NCBI RefSeq assembly: GCF_006345805.1
Contig: NC_042997.1
Coordinates: 162,254,001 to 162,318,000 of the forward strand
Direction of reading: 5' to 3'
Origin: Octopus sinensis
Lineage: Eukaryota
DNA length: 64,000 nucleotides
The translations under genes and the position numbers were made by a program. Shown here piece by piece: positions 1 to 10,769 of this stretch. Positions within the stretch are counted from its first letter, which is position 1, and each line of letters begins with the position of its first letter. The notes under the pieces are model-generated. The model saw nothing but the letters and a program-made list of their open reading frames with translations. It ran no database searches and was not told where the DNA came from.

Positions 1-700
1 CAGACTAACTCTTTCAAAACAATAACTTACAAGACTTCACTGCAGAGAATTATCCTACCTTTAATAAAAACAATTAATCCTGAAACTTATTGTGCAAAAG
101 TTTTTTCTACAATTCATAACACATGCACAATGACTTAAGAAAGCAACAGCTTGTGTTTAGTTGAGTTTTATACATAACTTGTGAATAGTATGCTAAAATC
201 AGATTTGAAGGCACTCCTTGTACTGATAAATGGCCTGAGTGACACAGACTTGGAAAAATACATATAGCCTGGAAATGTTAAAAACATGAGAATATATTGA
301 TCATAGTTGACTCAGCAACTGTTCCAGTAGAAGCTAGGAAAACTAAGGTGCTTATTTTTCATTTCTCCCTAGATTTCAGGTTCCAATGACAATGCTAGTA
401 TACAATGAGTTGGAATTAATTCAATTAAAGGAGTGAATAGACTGACATAATTGCAAGAAAATGGAAATTATAGTTAAAAATTTAATGGTGCAGTAGAAAG
501 AACAATGAAAGCAATAAAAATAAACATTGAAAGTTTTCAATTTGTAGACATACTATGTGCAAGTATCGTTAAGTGAGAAATTAGTTGATAGTTAACAAGG
601 TTGGCCAAATGGTTCATTACAGGAACAATATAATGGAGTTTCCATTAGAAACGTGTTATTTAATCCATGCTGGTAGAAGCATAGTCTGAATTAGATGTCA
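1..700 (+). mobile_element. Highly degenerate Gypsy-type integrase relic; also block 1 of the segmental duplication (paralog about 21008-21720)
   Basis: Frameshifted translations give KVFSTIHN (Zn-binding region), ENILIIVDSATVPVEA (first catalytic Asp region) and NYS.KFNGAVERTMKAIK (P.xNGxVER integrase motif); many stops. Collinear with 21008-21720. Confidence 0.45.
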
Positions 701-1934
701 ACATTGTTTTCCCATCCACTTTCTCATGCTCATGAAGATTGGATGAACTTTGTTGAGATTGACTTTCAACAACAGGATGCACCTACTGCTGACAACCCAC
801 TCCTGTTTCTGAGTCAGGTAATATTTTCTCTTGGCTGGAGATGTTTTCAAAATGATTGGAAATGAAGGACACCCCTTGCATGATGGTTTATAACTATCAT
901 GCATTAACACACACAAAGGAATCTCTAAGGAATTCAGAAGCCACAAAGATATAATGACTATTACAGTTTAACTGTTAAGGTTAGATTAATATATTTAGTG
1001 TTCTAACAACTTACTTATTTCATTCGCTAACACACACACACAGCATTTAACACTCTACCTTATGTGGTTAGTTATTCAAATTCCTAATACTAGCCTCAAT
1101 GACCTAAAACTATTTAGTTTTAATACAAATCAACCTTTGTCAAAAATGAACTCTATTAATTGTAAATTTAAACTGACTGAAGTTAAAAACAAAGTTAACC
1201 CTTTCGTTATTGTATTTATTTTGAGATGCTCTGTGTTTCTTTCAATTACTTTAAATATAACAAAGAATTTAGTAAAATAATTTGGTTATCATTAAGCTAG
1301 TGTTAGGAACATAAATTGTAACTAAGGTTTGGTGGAAGATTTTAATTCAAAACTTATGAAAACAAGACAATCATACTCAGAGCCAGAGCTGGGTTGGTAA
1401 CGAAAGGGTTAAGCTGATGATTCCAGATCAAGATTGAAACAAGCCTAAAGTTTGTCATACACCTCCCAAAGATTAGAATGCCCTTTTATCACTCATGAAT
1501 TTATTCATAATTTCTTGAAATTATCTCTTCTTATTATTGAGTCAATAACTATAGCCACTAGGTTTTTGTTTTTCTTCTGTAAGGAAAATTTTAATAAGGA
1601 TTTACATGTACAACATTCAGTACACATCATCCTTCACTTTATACATATAATGGGCTCTCCCATTAAACAAGACATATGAGCATCTAACTTTTGCTAAATG
1701 ACCTGCACAAACGATTTGTTTATAGTGACCAAATGTATGTGCTGTACATTAGCTCACTCCCTCCATCAAATCAACGTTTCCTGAACGGGTGCACAACGTA
1801 CCATGTGTCAGGTGTCAAAGTGATCACAGAGCAACATGAGATGAAGTGTTTTGCTCAAGAATGGAATGCACCACTCAATCTAGGAATTGAAACTACGATT
1901 TCATGATCATGAGTGCAATACTCTATAGATGTGA

Positions 1935-2045
1935 CTGTATGCTAAGAGGTTTGCCTCCCAACCATATGGATGAGTCAAGCTCCACTTCATGGTAACCTTG
2001 GCTAACTGGATTTGATAGATGGAAACTGAAAGAAGCCTGTCATTC
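1935..2045 (+). mobile_element. Degenerate SINE fragment
   Basis: ttgcctcccaacca...gatagatggaaactgaaagaagcc matches the better-preserved copy at 34742-34895. Confidence 0.4.
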
Positions 2046-2439
2046 ATTCATGTATGTTTGTACATAACTATCAACTTGCCTAGACTTCATATAAATGAAT
2101 GTTATCATCATGCAAATGTTGTCTTTCATTTCTAATCTTCCTTGAAAACATGACTAGTCGTAGGGAATCAACAAAGCATTCAAATGTACAAAATCCACAA
2201 TACATTTCATCTGATCTATGCAAGCACAGAAAAGTGGATCTTAAAAGATGATGATATGTACATACAAACACTTTAAAGTAACAAATTTTTATATCGTATT
2301 TAACTATATGACAACTATTTGTGTTAACATTTTCACTTGTAGCCAATAAATTTCTTGAAATAGACCAACCTATCTTTATAAGTTATTACAAACCAAATGG
2401 GTACTCTCACATCACTGATTCTATTTTATGTTCCTATCC

Positions 2440-2900
2440 TAATGATAATCATCATTGCTTAATGTCTTTTATCATGCTAGTACAAGTTGGATAGTTCAAT
2501 AGGAATGGAGGCACCAGAGGACTGTACTGAGCTGCAATATCTGTTTTGGTCGGATGCCCTTCCTAATGTCAACCACTTTACAGAGTATACTGGTTATATT
2601 TCCTGTGCATGAGCACTAGTGAGGCCACAGAGTAACTTGTAAAATAAGACCCTCTCAACAGTGTAGCATTGAGGGGTGGCTTTATGCTAGGTGTTTAAGA
2701 TATTAAAGTATGATAGAGGGTCAGGAACTGGTGTCTTGCTGAAGAGGAGATACATGGTTTCCCCAGTAGGAAAGAGATAATAGACACTGACAATCAGAAA
2801 TCGTGGATGGGTAACTTTGTGAGTATGAGTGTGATAGATAGTTAAAGATGGGAATAAAGTAGTGAATAGTCAATATACATATTATCTTTTTAGAGTCCAG
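2440..2900 (-). mobile_element. RTE-type LINE 3' tail / RTE-tailed SINE fragment
   Basis: ggatgcccttcctaatgtcaaccactttacagagt is the reverse complement of the ttggcattaggaagggcatc motif at 18570; also related to 30790-30900. Confidence 0.5.
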
Positions 2901-3281
2901 GATAAAGAAACTGACTTATACATCACAAAATTAGCTTAAATAGTTTATTCAGCTTTTATCACAGCACAATAATTATAACTGCTTATGCATATGTAGCGAG
3001 AAAGACTCCTTTACCACGCATCTAGATAATGAAGTTCAGTTCACTAGAACCCCCAAATTACCTCCCTTCAACTATAATTGACATTTTGTTTGTTGAGATC
3101 CTCAATAAGTGTTTTTCTTCTTACTAAAAAGCACTTTAACCATTAATTTATGTAAAGCTCACTTTCATGTCTATCTCCTACAGTTCCAACTACAAGCCAC
3201 TTTAACATTAGGTAATGGCATATACATACACAAAACAAGAATCCTCAATTTGGTTGATATTGTTATAATGTTTCATTTGTT

Positions 3282-3703
3282 GTGCCCTCCAGTCTTATTC
3301 GGGTACCAGTTATAATTCATAATGAATTTGGAACCATTATTTACATTTGAACTCATCTTGTTTGTTGTTAACACAATGTTTCGGCTGAGATACCCTCCAG
3401 CCTTCATCAGAGGTCTTGGGAAAATTTCGAACCTAGGTTCTCATTCTTCTTCAGGTTACTGCTTGGAATCGAACTTGGAATCTTGGGGTAAGTAGCCTGC
3501 ACTCTTAACCACTGTGCCATATGCCTACGGGCATAAGAAGAAGAATGAGAACCTAGGTTCGAAATTTTCCCAAGACATCTGATGAAGGCTGGAGGGTATC
3601 TCAGCTGAAACATTGTGTTGTGAACAACAAACAAGATGAGTTCAAATGTAAATAATGGTTCCAAATTCATTATAACTGGTACCTGAATAAGGCTGGAGAG
3701 CAC
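3282..3703. repeat. Long inverted repeat (arms 3282-3452 and 3537-3703, 84-bp spacer)
   Basis: The reverse complement of the left arm matches the right arm over about 170 bp with only a few substitutions and small indels. Confidence 0.92.
3320..3527 (-). mobile_element. tRNA-headed SINE with hammerhead-like tail (family A), short copy
   Basis: Minus strand: A box tggcacagtggttaaga, B box agttcgattcc, gaagaag, then aatgagaacctaggttcgaaa...ctgatgaaggctggagggtatctcagccgaaacattgtg. Same order as the 61243-61890 copy. Confidence 0.75.
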
Positions 3704-3830
3704 TGATGAAGGCTGGAGGGTATATCAGCCAAAACATTGTGTTAACAACAAACAAGATGAGGACAAATATCCGTCAAATGTAAATAATGTTACATAATTC
3801 CTCATCTCTTAAATACAGAACTGTAATTTG
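3572..3830 (+). mobile_element. Two tandem family-A tails, each with a mutated hammerhead core
   Basis: CTGATGA-A-GGCTG..CAGCT-GAAA-CATT at about 3579 (stem III palindrome broken) and CTGATGA-A-GGCTG..CAGCC-AAAA-CATT at about 3702 (G12 to A). Confidence 0.7.
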
Positions 3831-4199
3831 GAACCAATCCTTTTATTAAACCCATGAGGGCAGATTGTTCTTTTTCCATTATCAATAGAGATGTTCTTTT
3901 TATTAATAATTCTGCAAGTTATGATGCCACTAATTTATTACTTTCAAGCAGAACCAAGATATTTAACAGTTGATCAACACTTACACTCACTATACTGTTG
4001 TCCACTAGGACAGTTAAGACCACTAAAGCCCAATCTTTTCAAAAGATTTTCTTTTTTATTTCTTTCTAAGTTTAAAGCTAATCTAATATCTATAAACTTT
4101 CCTCTATGACAATGGAATAGTGACTATAAGTGTTGTTTTGGGAGTTGTGATTAGTGGATGGCCGGAGTGGGAGTTGGATACAACTGTACTGTAAATACT

Positions 4200-4800
4200 A
4201 TGATGTATATATTAGACACATACACAAAATATATCACAGCACAAGATGGGTGTGAATAAAACGGCTTGTCGTTTCTATCTTGAGTTGGTCCTTTTTAGGT
4301 ATGCAGCTTGGATAACAGAAATGAACCCTGATGCACAGACATAACACATATGAAGATTTATACTTACAGCAGAAAAATAATATAACAGTAAATAAGATAT
4401 TGTCTGTGATTAGTTGGAATATCTGATAAAAGCTTTGAAACTGCATTATAAAGTTTCAGAGATAAAAACCCAGCCAAAGGATACGATAATCCAAGAAAAC
4501 TCCCGTCGAAATTTGGTATAAAATACAAAAATAGGGAAGATGTTAATAGTTTAAAAATCTGAAACGACTCTGAAATAAGTGTGAATATTATCTCTAGAAA
4601 CTTTTTTGGTTGTTTTTAATATTAAAAATAAAAACAAACAACCCTAGATTAATTAAATAAAATTATTCGTAATAGAAAAAGAAGTTCATTGAATTTTTAA
4701 TTGAAATCGTGAATCGACAACTGAAGGGGGAAAACGAATTAATTGTAAAATGCTTTTTAACGATGTTTATAAAGTTCAAATCCAAAGTAATGTTTTAGAT
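4200..4800. repeat. Segmental duplication block 2 (paralog about 21990-22550)
   Basis: Shared runs such as gggtgtgaataaaac.gcttg and cccagccaaaggatac.ataat, in the same orientation. Confidence 0.85.
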
Positions 4801-6508
4801 TTAACGTGTGATCAACATTTCTTCATAAACGTTGATTAAACAATACTATCAAATACTGCATTAGTTGGAGTTAGTTTACAAAGAAAGTGTTAGAATTCTA
4901 AGAAAAGATAGTTAACCCGACAATCAGAGTTCATTATAAGTATTTAAAAAAAATACAAAAGAATGTAATGATGGTTGAGTAATAAAACTAGCGAATTGGT
5001 TTGTATTGAAGTTAAGTTTCAATACATTTTTTCGAAGGGACCCTTGCGCCCTCAACTTTCCTTGAAAGTACACGAAGTGATCTTGGTTTACATCTACATG
5101 AAGTTCCGATACATAATTCATTCATAATCCCTCATCAGTTCTACCCAACACTAGAAACTAGGTGTATCCTGTTTGAAGCAAAGAGAACGTTAAAGATTGA
5201 AACAATATGCGTTAATGAATGAAGTGACAGCAACAGGTGTTTGTGTTTATCATTTACAAACGATATTTATATAACGTCAGGTCGACGTTCTATTCTATTT
5301 TCTTTCGTTTTTTAAGTATCTAAAAGCCTACGTACGTCTATAAACTAATTATTTCAAATAAACTTTAACAAATCGATTAAATAATATTGGAAAAAAAAAC
5401 AACAACAATGAATATACGTTAATTATGTAATTATACAATAAAGGATTTGCTAAAATGAAGAAAAAAAAATTAAAGTTTCATTTTACCTTAATCGCAGGTG
5501 ATTCTAACAATTCTAAACAGAAGTATGACGAAGGGGCGTAAAGGGGCTTCTCGTGTCCTTTTTTTTATGTGACCCCCCTTTTTTTTTTGTTTTAAATCCT
5601 AAAAAGCTAAAGAGAGACAAAAACTGTTTTACGCAGCCTGCTGTTATTTCAAACATACTGTCTTCAGGGTTTCAAAACTTTTAGGGACAAACACACACAA
5701 CTATGTATATATACATTCAAGTATGTATAACCGTTCACCAGTAGTGGTGACAGTTATTACATACAGTGAAGTAATGATCCCTTAGTATAGGATCAAAGAA
5801 GCGATCATTTATTCTACAACGCAATTAAAATTACAACAGCTGCACAATACGGAAAATATTGGAGACGTACGAAAATAGATAAGTAACTACAAATTGTATG
5901 AATGATGGATAAAGCAACAAATACAAAGTCGCAATATGTGTCAAGAAAAAAATCTAAGAATCCACCCACTCAGCATTAAGATATTAACTCGAAAACAGAG
6001 GGTACGTATGAGTTGATATAGGGAGAAACGTTTATAGTACAATGCATTCTACGCAACGTAAGTGTTATTCGGACGACGGAATATGAAATAAGGGAAAGTA
6101 GTCTTATTATATAATAGACGAATTTAACGATCTGGGGGCAGATGAAACATAGAAGTAGGTGAAAATGTCATCAATAGATATTAAGTCGCTAAACACAGGG
6201 TTAATTGGGAAAAATCTACATGAATGTACGATCTAATTCTGTTTGATGAATAGTCAAAGTTTACAAATAGTGAGCAATTAAATGAATTTAAATTATCAAT
6301 GTACATATGTGTGTGTGTGTGTGTATACATATACATTTATATATATGTATACACACGCGCGCACACACACATTATAAAGGGTTTGTTTATCAAGGCGATA
6401 GGATTACAAAAATGATATTTTTTTAAATATTACAAATCATTTTGTTACCTTTTTCTTAACTGATGAGAACAGACAGCTTACATAGAACGATGAGAAAATC
6501 CTGATCAG

Positions 6509-7620
6509 TTAATGTGGGTGCCACAGTCCACCTTCATTTTACGACGAAGAATACATCCAGTTATAGCAGGTTGGAATTGTAAATTGACAAAAATCAACAG
6601 AAATGAAGACCGAAACAAAACCACTTGAATAATATAATTTATTATTTGAATCAGGAAACTCTAACAAGCATTCAATGTTAACTCCCTGAACAAGTGTAGC
6701 ACAATGACGGAATGATATTGGTCGATCTACGAAGGAATCGTGTCACCTCCGAAGTCCTGTCTACATCAGTCGACAACAACTATAACACGTTAGGATCGAT
6801 ATTAAACCGAGAAATAATAACATAGCATTAAAAACAATCTATCAACCATAATATATCAATGAAAAATTCACATTTACCTGACTGTCTTGTGTGAAATATC
6901 TTGGTATGTTGATCTCAACAAACTTAAAATAAGAATTCTCCCGCCATGTTGTTGATGTGCAAAAAAAAGCAATGCGCAATAATCGTAAATTCTTATATTG
7001 TTGATAAAAACAAGACTTGAAATGTATGTTTACTGTATTTGTTTATTCGATATATCTTTTGAGTATTCTCTGGATAACTTAAGAGATCATCAAAATTTTA
7101 TTTAGTGTTACAGTTGCGAAGATGGTTGTAGTACTACATTTGCAGCGTAATGACACAATTGAATGAGACTGGACTAATTGGGAACCTCGTTTTGAAAAGT
7201 GATTTTAAACTTGGACGCGCGCCTTTTGATTATCCAATTCGTGCTACTTTAATGGTTCTTGGGTTGAAGATTATTTTTCCATTAGAATTTCATTCTCGAT
7301 CATGTTACAAATAAAGGCAAATAGGAAATGTTAACTTTGATAATACTAAAAATTCAAATATTATTCGTTTAATGGTGGTAAATTATACTATGATTATTTT
7401 CGCTTAAAATCTTCACTTCAAATTCTAGAATTTTATAATGCACAAGTAACTCGAATTTCGAGGGAGGGTACAATCCGTGAGATGATTTTCACTACTTGAC
7501 TTGTACTTTACATAACTATGAAAGAAAAAACTACCAGCCTCGGTGGGATTTGAAATAGGAATTAAACTAAGTAGGTATTTTGTTACTAACTTCGCCGATC
7601 TTTGAAATCCACCCCCTTCG
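6509..7620. repeat. Segmental duplication block 3, the best-conserved block (paralog about 25388-26800)
   Basis: Long near-identical runs, e.g. cttcattttacgacgaagaatacatccagttatagcagg and gtactacatttgcagcgtaatgacacaattgaatgagactggactaattgggaacctcg. Confidence 0.9.
6872..6960 (-). promoter_or_regulatory. Putative short non-coding first exon with splice donor in a promoter-like region
   Basis: Minus strand CAACATGGCG (YY1-like; opens a 7-codon uORF) followed by CAG|GTAAAT donor at 6878/6877. The donor is retained in the paralog. No downstream coding exon could be assigned. Confidence 0.3.
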
Positions 7621-7649
7621 TCTCATCCACATTATAAATATTGGTAACT

Positions 7650-7993
7650 CTTTTAAAGACCTGAAATTTTGGAGATGAGGACTAATCGATTACATCGATC
7701 AGATGAAAAGGAAAAGTCGACGTTGGCGGAATCTTAACTCAGAACATAAAGCCAGAAGAAATGCCGCGAAGCATTTTGTCCGGTGCTGTAACGAGTCTGC
7801 TTGTTCGCTTTAATAAATATTGGTTTCAATTTTTGGCACCAGGCCAGCAAGTTCAGGGGAGGAGTAAGTTGATTATATCGACCCTAGTGCTCAACTCGTA
7901 CTTATTTTACCGACCCCGAAAGGATGAAAGCAACGTCGATCTCAGTGAAATTTGCATTCCCGGCGTGCTAACGATTCTGCCAGCTCGCCGCCT
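7650..7993 (-). mobile_element. Two partial copies of the abundant tRNA-derived SINE (family 1)
   Basis: Reverse complement of gcggcgagctggcagaatcgttagcacgccgg and ctttcatcctttcggggtcg core motifs. Confidence 0.8.
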
Positions 7994-8403
7994 TCGCTGA
8001 AATAAATTTTGATAACATAAGTGTACACATATATATACTAATAATATATTTGTGTGTGTTTTTGTTTGTATATACGCCAGCACGTATACACACGCATTTA
8101 TGACTGACAAATTCAGAAATGAAGAAAGGAGTTATAATAAATACACACATCTATATTTATGTTGAAGTGATTCGACTATATCATATATCAGCAGGAACAG
8201 TGGAAGTTCCACGCTTCATAAATGTTCTTATTTCTGTGTTGATGGATATATTTTTAGACCTTCGTAACATTTTTTCATTATGTTAAGGCGTAACACTTGA
8301 AGACATATCGTGACAAGCAGAATATCACACACACTTCCCCCTCACTTTTTCTCTTCCTCTGTGTGTGTATATGTATGTGTGTATATATATGTGTGTGTGT
8401 GTA

Positions 8404-8634
8404 TTGTGTTTGGGGAGTCATTCTCTTTTAGTGCCTTATTATTTAACATACCGGTTCAATTTCCACTCATTTATTTATTTATGTATTTAGAAAAAACAAA
8501 TAAGTAAATGAGTGGAAATTTTACCGGTGAGTGTGTTAAATAATAAGGCACTAAAAGAGAACGACTCTCCCCAGACACAACAAAATCTGCTTGAACACAC
8601 GAATTCGCATAAAGAATCTTGCAAACAAAATCCA

Positions 8635-8640
<6 letters not shown>
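8404..8640. mobile_element. Foldback element (arms 8404-8480 and 8498-8580, plus 3' extension running into (TA)n)
   Basis: ttgtgtttggggagtcattctcttttagtgcctt... versus ...aaggcactaaaagagaacgactctccccagacacaa; same family at 20508 and 46503. Confidence 0.8.

Positions 8641-8710
<70 letters not shown>
8640..8710. repeat. (TA)n microsatellite
   Basis: Direct reading. Confidence 0.97.
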
Positions 8711-8712
<2 letters not shown>

Positions 8713-8749
8713 AATGCCAAAACGAATTTCAGTGTGTCACACTTTTACG

Positions 8750-9072
8750 GTGGGTTGGTAGAAATGTTAGCACGCCGGGCGAAATGCTTAGCGGTATTTC
8801 GTCTGCCGTTACGTTCTGAGTTCAAATTCCGCCGAGGTCGACTTTGCCCGTCATCCTTTTGGGGTCGATAAATTAAGTACTAATTACGCACTGGGGTTGA
8901 TATAATCGACTTAGTCCGTTTATCTGTCCTTGTTTGTCCTCTCTGTGTTTAGCTCCTTGTGGGTAGTAAAGAAATAGGTATTTCGTCTGCCGCTACGTTC
9001 TGAGTTCAAATTCCGCCGGAGTTGACTTAGCCTTTCATCCTTTCGGGGGCGATTAAATAAGTACCAGTTACT
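8750..9072 (+). mobile_element. Family-1 SINE, head-core-tail-core dimer
   Basis: gttagcacgccgggcgaaatgcttagcggtatttcgtctgccgttacgttctgagttcaaattcc; the second core starts at the gaaataggtatttcgtc junction (about 8975). Confidence 0.88.
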
Positions 9073-9073
9073 G

Positions 9074-9200
9074 GGGTCTTTCTGTTGAAAAGCGTAGGCT
9101 CGAAACGTAAAAGACTTTTTCTATTCCTGAGCGTTATACTAATACATCTGTTTGTTTTGTACACAACCTGTCTTCGTCTTTTGTTTTTTTCGTAAACTAT

Positions 9201-9204
<4 letters not shown>
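9074..9204 (+). mobile_element. Penelope-like terminal fragment with variant hammerhead fold (9076-9115)
   Basis: GTCTTT-CTGTTGA-A-AAGC GTAG GCTC-GAAA-CG-TA^-AAAGAC: 6-bp stem I, zero-loop stem III, core A6 to U and an A-C mismatch closing stem II; runs into (TA)n. Confidence 0.6.

Positions 9205-9262
<58 letters not shown>
9205..9262. repeat. (TA)n microsatellite
   Basis: Direct reading. Confidence 0.97.
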
Positions 9263-9269
<7 letters not shown>

Positions 9270-10100
9270 GGGAATATGATTTCAAACTTACAGGGAAAAA
9301 TTCAATTTAGTAATACTAAATCAAATTTCACAATATATAATACATATATATATAAATTAGAGAAGAATCACCATGTAGCAATTCAACAATGATATACTTA
9401 AATCATAACATATAGAAAAAAAATTAAAGATACGATAAAGCATTTACCTAGAACTAAATAAAGTACGAAATGATAAATGAATAGTATATATTTAGTAAAT
9501 AGACTACACGTGTTTCGTGCATATATTTTCAAATTGATAGCAAATTAATTCAGTTAAAATATAGTCACTCATCAGGTCGAAGATAAAAACAATAAAATAA
9601 TTAAATAAATGTACGTATATCATCTTATAAAAAATATGAATATATATTATAATACGTAATTTTACAAAACGAAACAAAAAAACAAAATTCAACACTATAC
9701 CTTAAGATAAAAACATGAAATATTGAATATATTCTGTTAAATCATTAAAATTAATTCGTAGGACTTAGTGTTTATAATAAATTTATCTCGTTAAAAACGT
9801 GGTGTAACTATAACTAGAATAAATAGATAGAAATATTTATTTTATCTATGAAAATATATTTTAGCTTATAGAAGAAAAAATAGACTATAGTATATCATTA
9901 CTGGAAAATTAAAATACAAGTAATTAAAACAAAATATTTAAAACAATATATATATAATACATAATATACATTAAGCGAAGCTAGAATACTATAATTTAAT
10001 CTATATCCATTAAATTATTTATTTATGTATTTATTTAATAAACATCTAAGTTTTAATCTTAATCTAATTATGTAATATATACTAAAAAACTTCATGCCCA
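9263..10100 (-). mobile_element. Very AT-rich Penelope-like terminal repeat segment ending in (TA)n
   Basis: Contains the hammerhead at 9502-9578. Its (TA)n-proximal end (attagggaatat...acagggaaaaa) recurs at about 17445-17490. Far boundary uncertain. Confidence 0.45.
9502..9578 (-). ncRNA. Type I minimal hammerhead ribozyme with intact catalytic core
   Basis: Minus strand GAC-CUGAUGA-GUG(AC)UAUAUUUU...AAAAUAUA(UG)CAC-GAAA-CACGUG-UA^-GUC. Stem I 3 bp; stem II 3 bp + 2x2 loop + 8 bp; stem III is the 8-nt palindrome ACACGUGU. Predicted cut between 9505 and 9504. Confidence 0.7.
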
Positions 10101-10104
10101 AATC

Positions 10105-10255
10105 ATTGCATGATATTGTTGAAAAATGGTGAGCTTTAAATGCTATTATTCGTTCTAGCATGCGACAAGCGTAGTTGCTAATGCAACATATTGTCTTCGT
10201 CTATATCTGTTGCATCAAGCTTGAGACCGTTCAGTGCACTTTGCAGCGAATCACG
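10105..10255 (+). mobile_element. hAT transposase C-terminal fragment, inverted partial copy of about 10900-11035
   Basis: gcccaaatcattgcatgatattgttgaaaaatgg...ctgttgcatcaagc matches the reverse complement of 10925-11031; translates ISVASSLRPFSALC. Confidence 0.75.
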
Positions 10256-10557
10256 TAACCAAAGTTCGGTCTCAGTAATAGGTCCCGCACCCTACTCTTA
10301 TGTACAGTGAGGTATGACACAGGGTATCAAACAACAGGACAGCAGTGGCTCGGGAACGAAATTTGCTTAAGGAGTGGAGACCAACGTGCAAATTATTCTA
10401 CAAACAAGGTCGATTTTTTTCAATCTTAATATTAAAATTAAAACACTATTTAATTCTAGGTAAATGTTTTACCTTTAATTTTTTTTCTATATGGTATGAT
10501 TTAAGTATGTAATTGTTGAATTGTTACATGGTGGTTCTTCTCTAACATATATATATA

Positions 10558-10600
<43 letters not shown>

Positions 10601-10769
10601 CATCCATACATATATGTATGCATATATATTTATATGTAAATATATATATATAAATTTAAACACAAGTATAATGATAATAATTACTATTATTATAATTATA
10701 TTTGTACATCAATCAAATCAAATAAATCTCATAATAGAAAAGTAATACTTCAAACCAGTCCAATTTTTT

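Noticed and set aside
698-946. 82-aa ORF, and a hydrophilic alternative frame in the same DNA
   Set aside because: No recognisable family, the alternative frame contains stops, and the sequence is not conserved in the paralogous block.
5095-5140. Other CUGAUGA occurrences (minus strand near 5135, 32555, 40655) as hammerheads
   Set aside because: No correctly placed GAAA and NUH with pairing stems; at best unrecognisably decayed.
5470-5545. Acceptor-like ttttaccttaatcgcag followed by a short frame DSNNSKQKYDEGA*
   Set aside because: A possible terminal exon, but there is no upstream partner exon, no homology and no counterpart in the duplicate.
6455-6512. Box C/D snoRNA-like layout (UGAUGA...CUGA within a 9-bp inverted repeat)
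   Set aside because: Only about 35 nt between the boxes, no D' box, the stem overlaps box C, and it is not conserved in the paralog.
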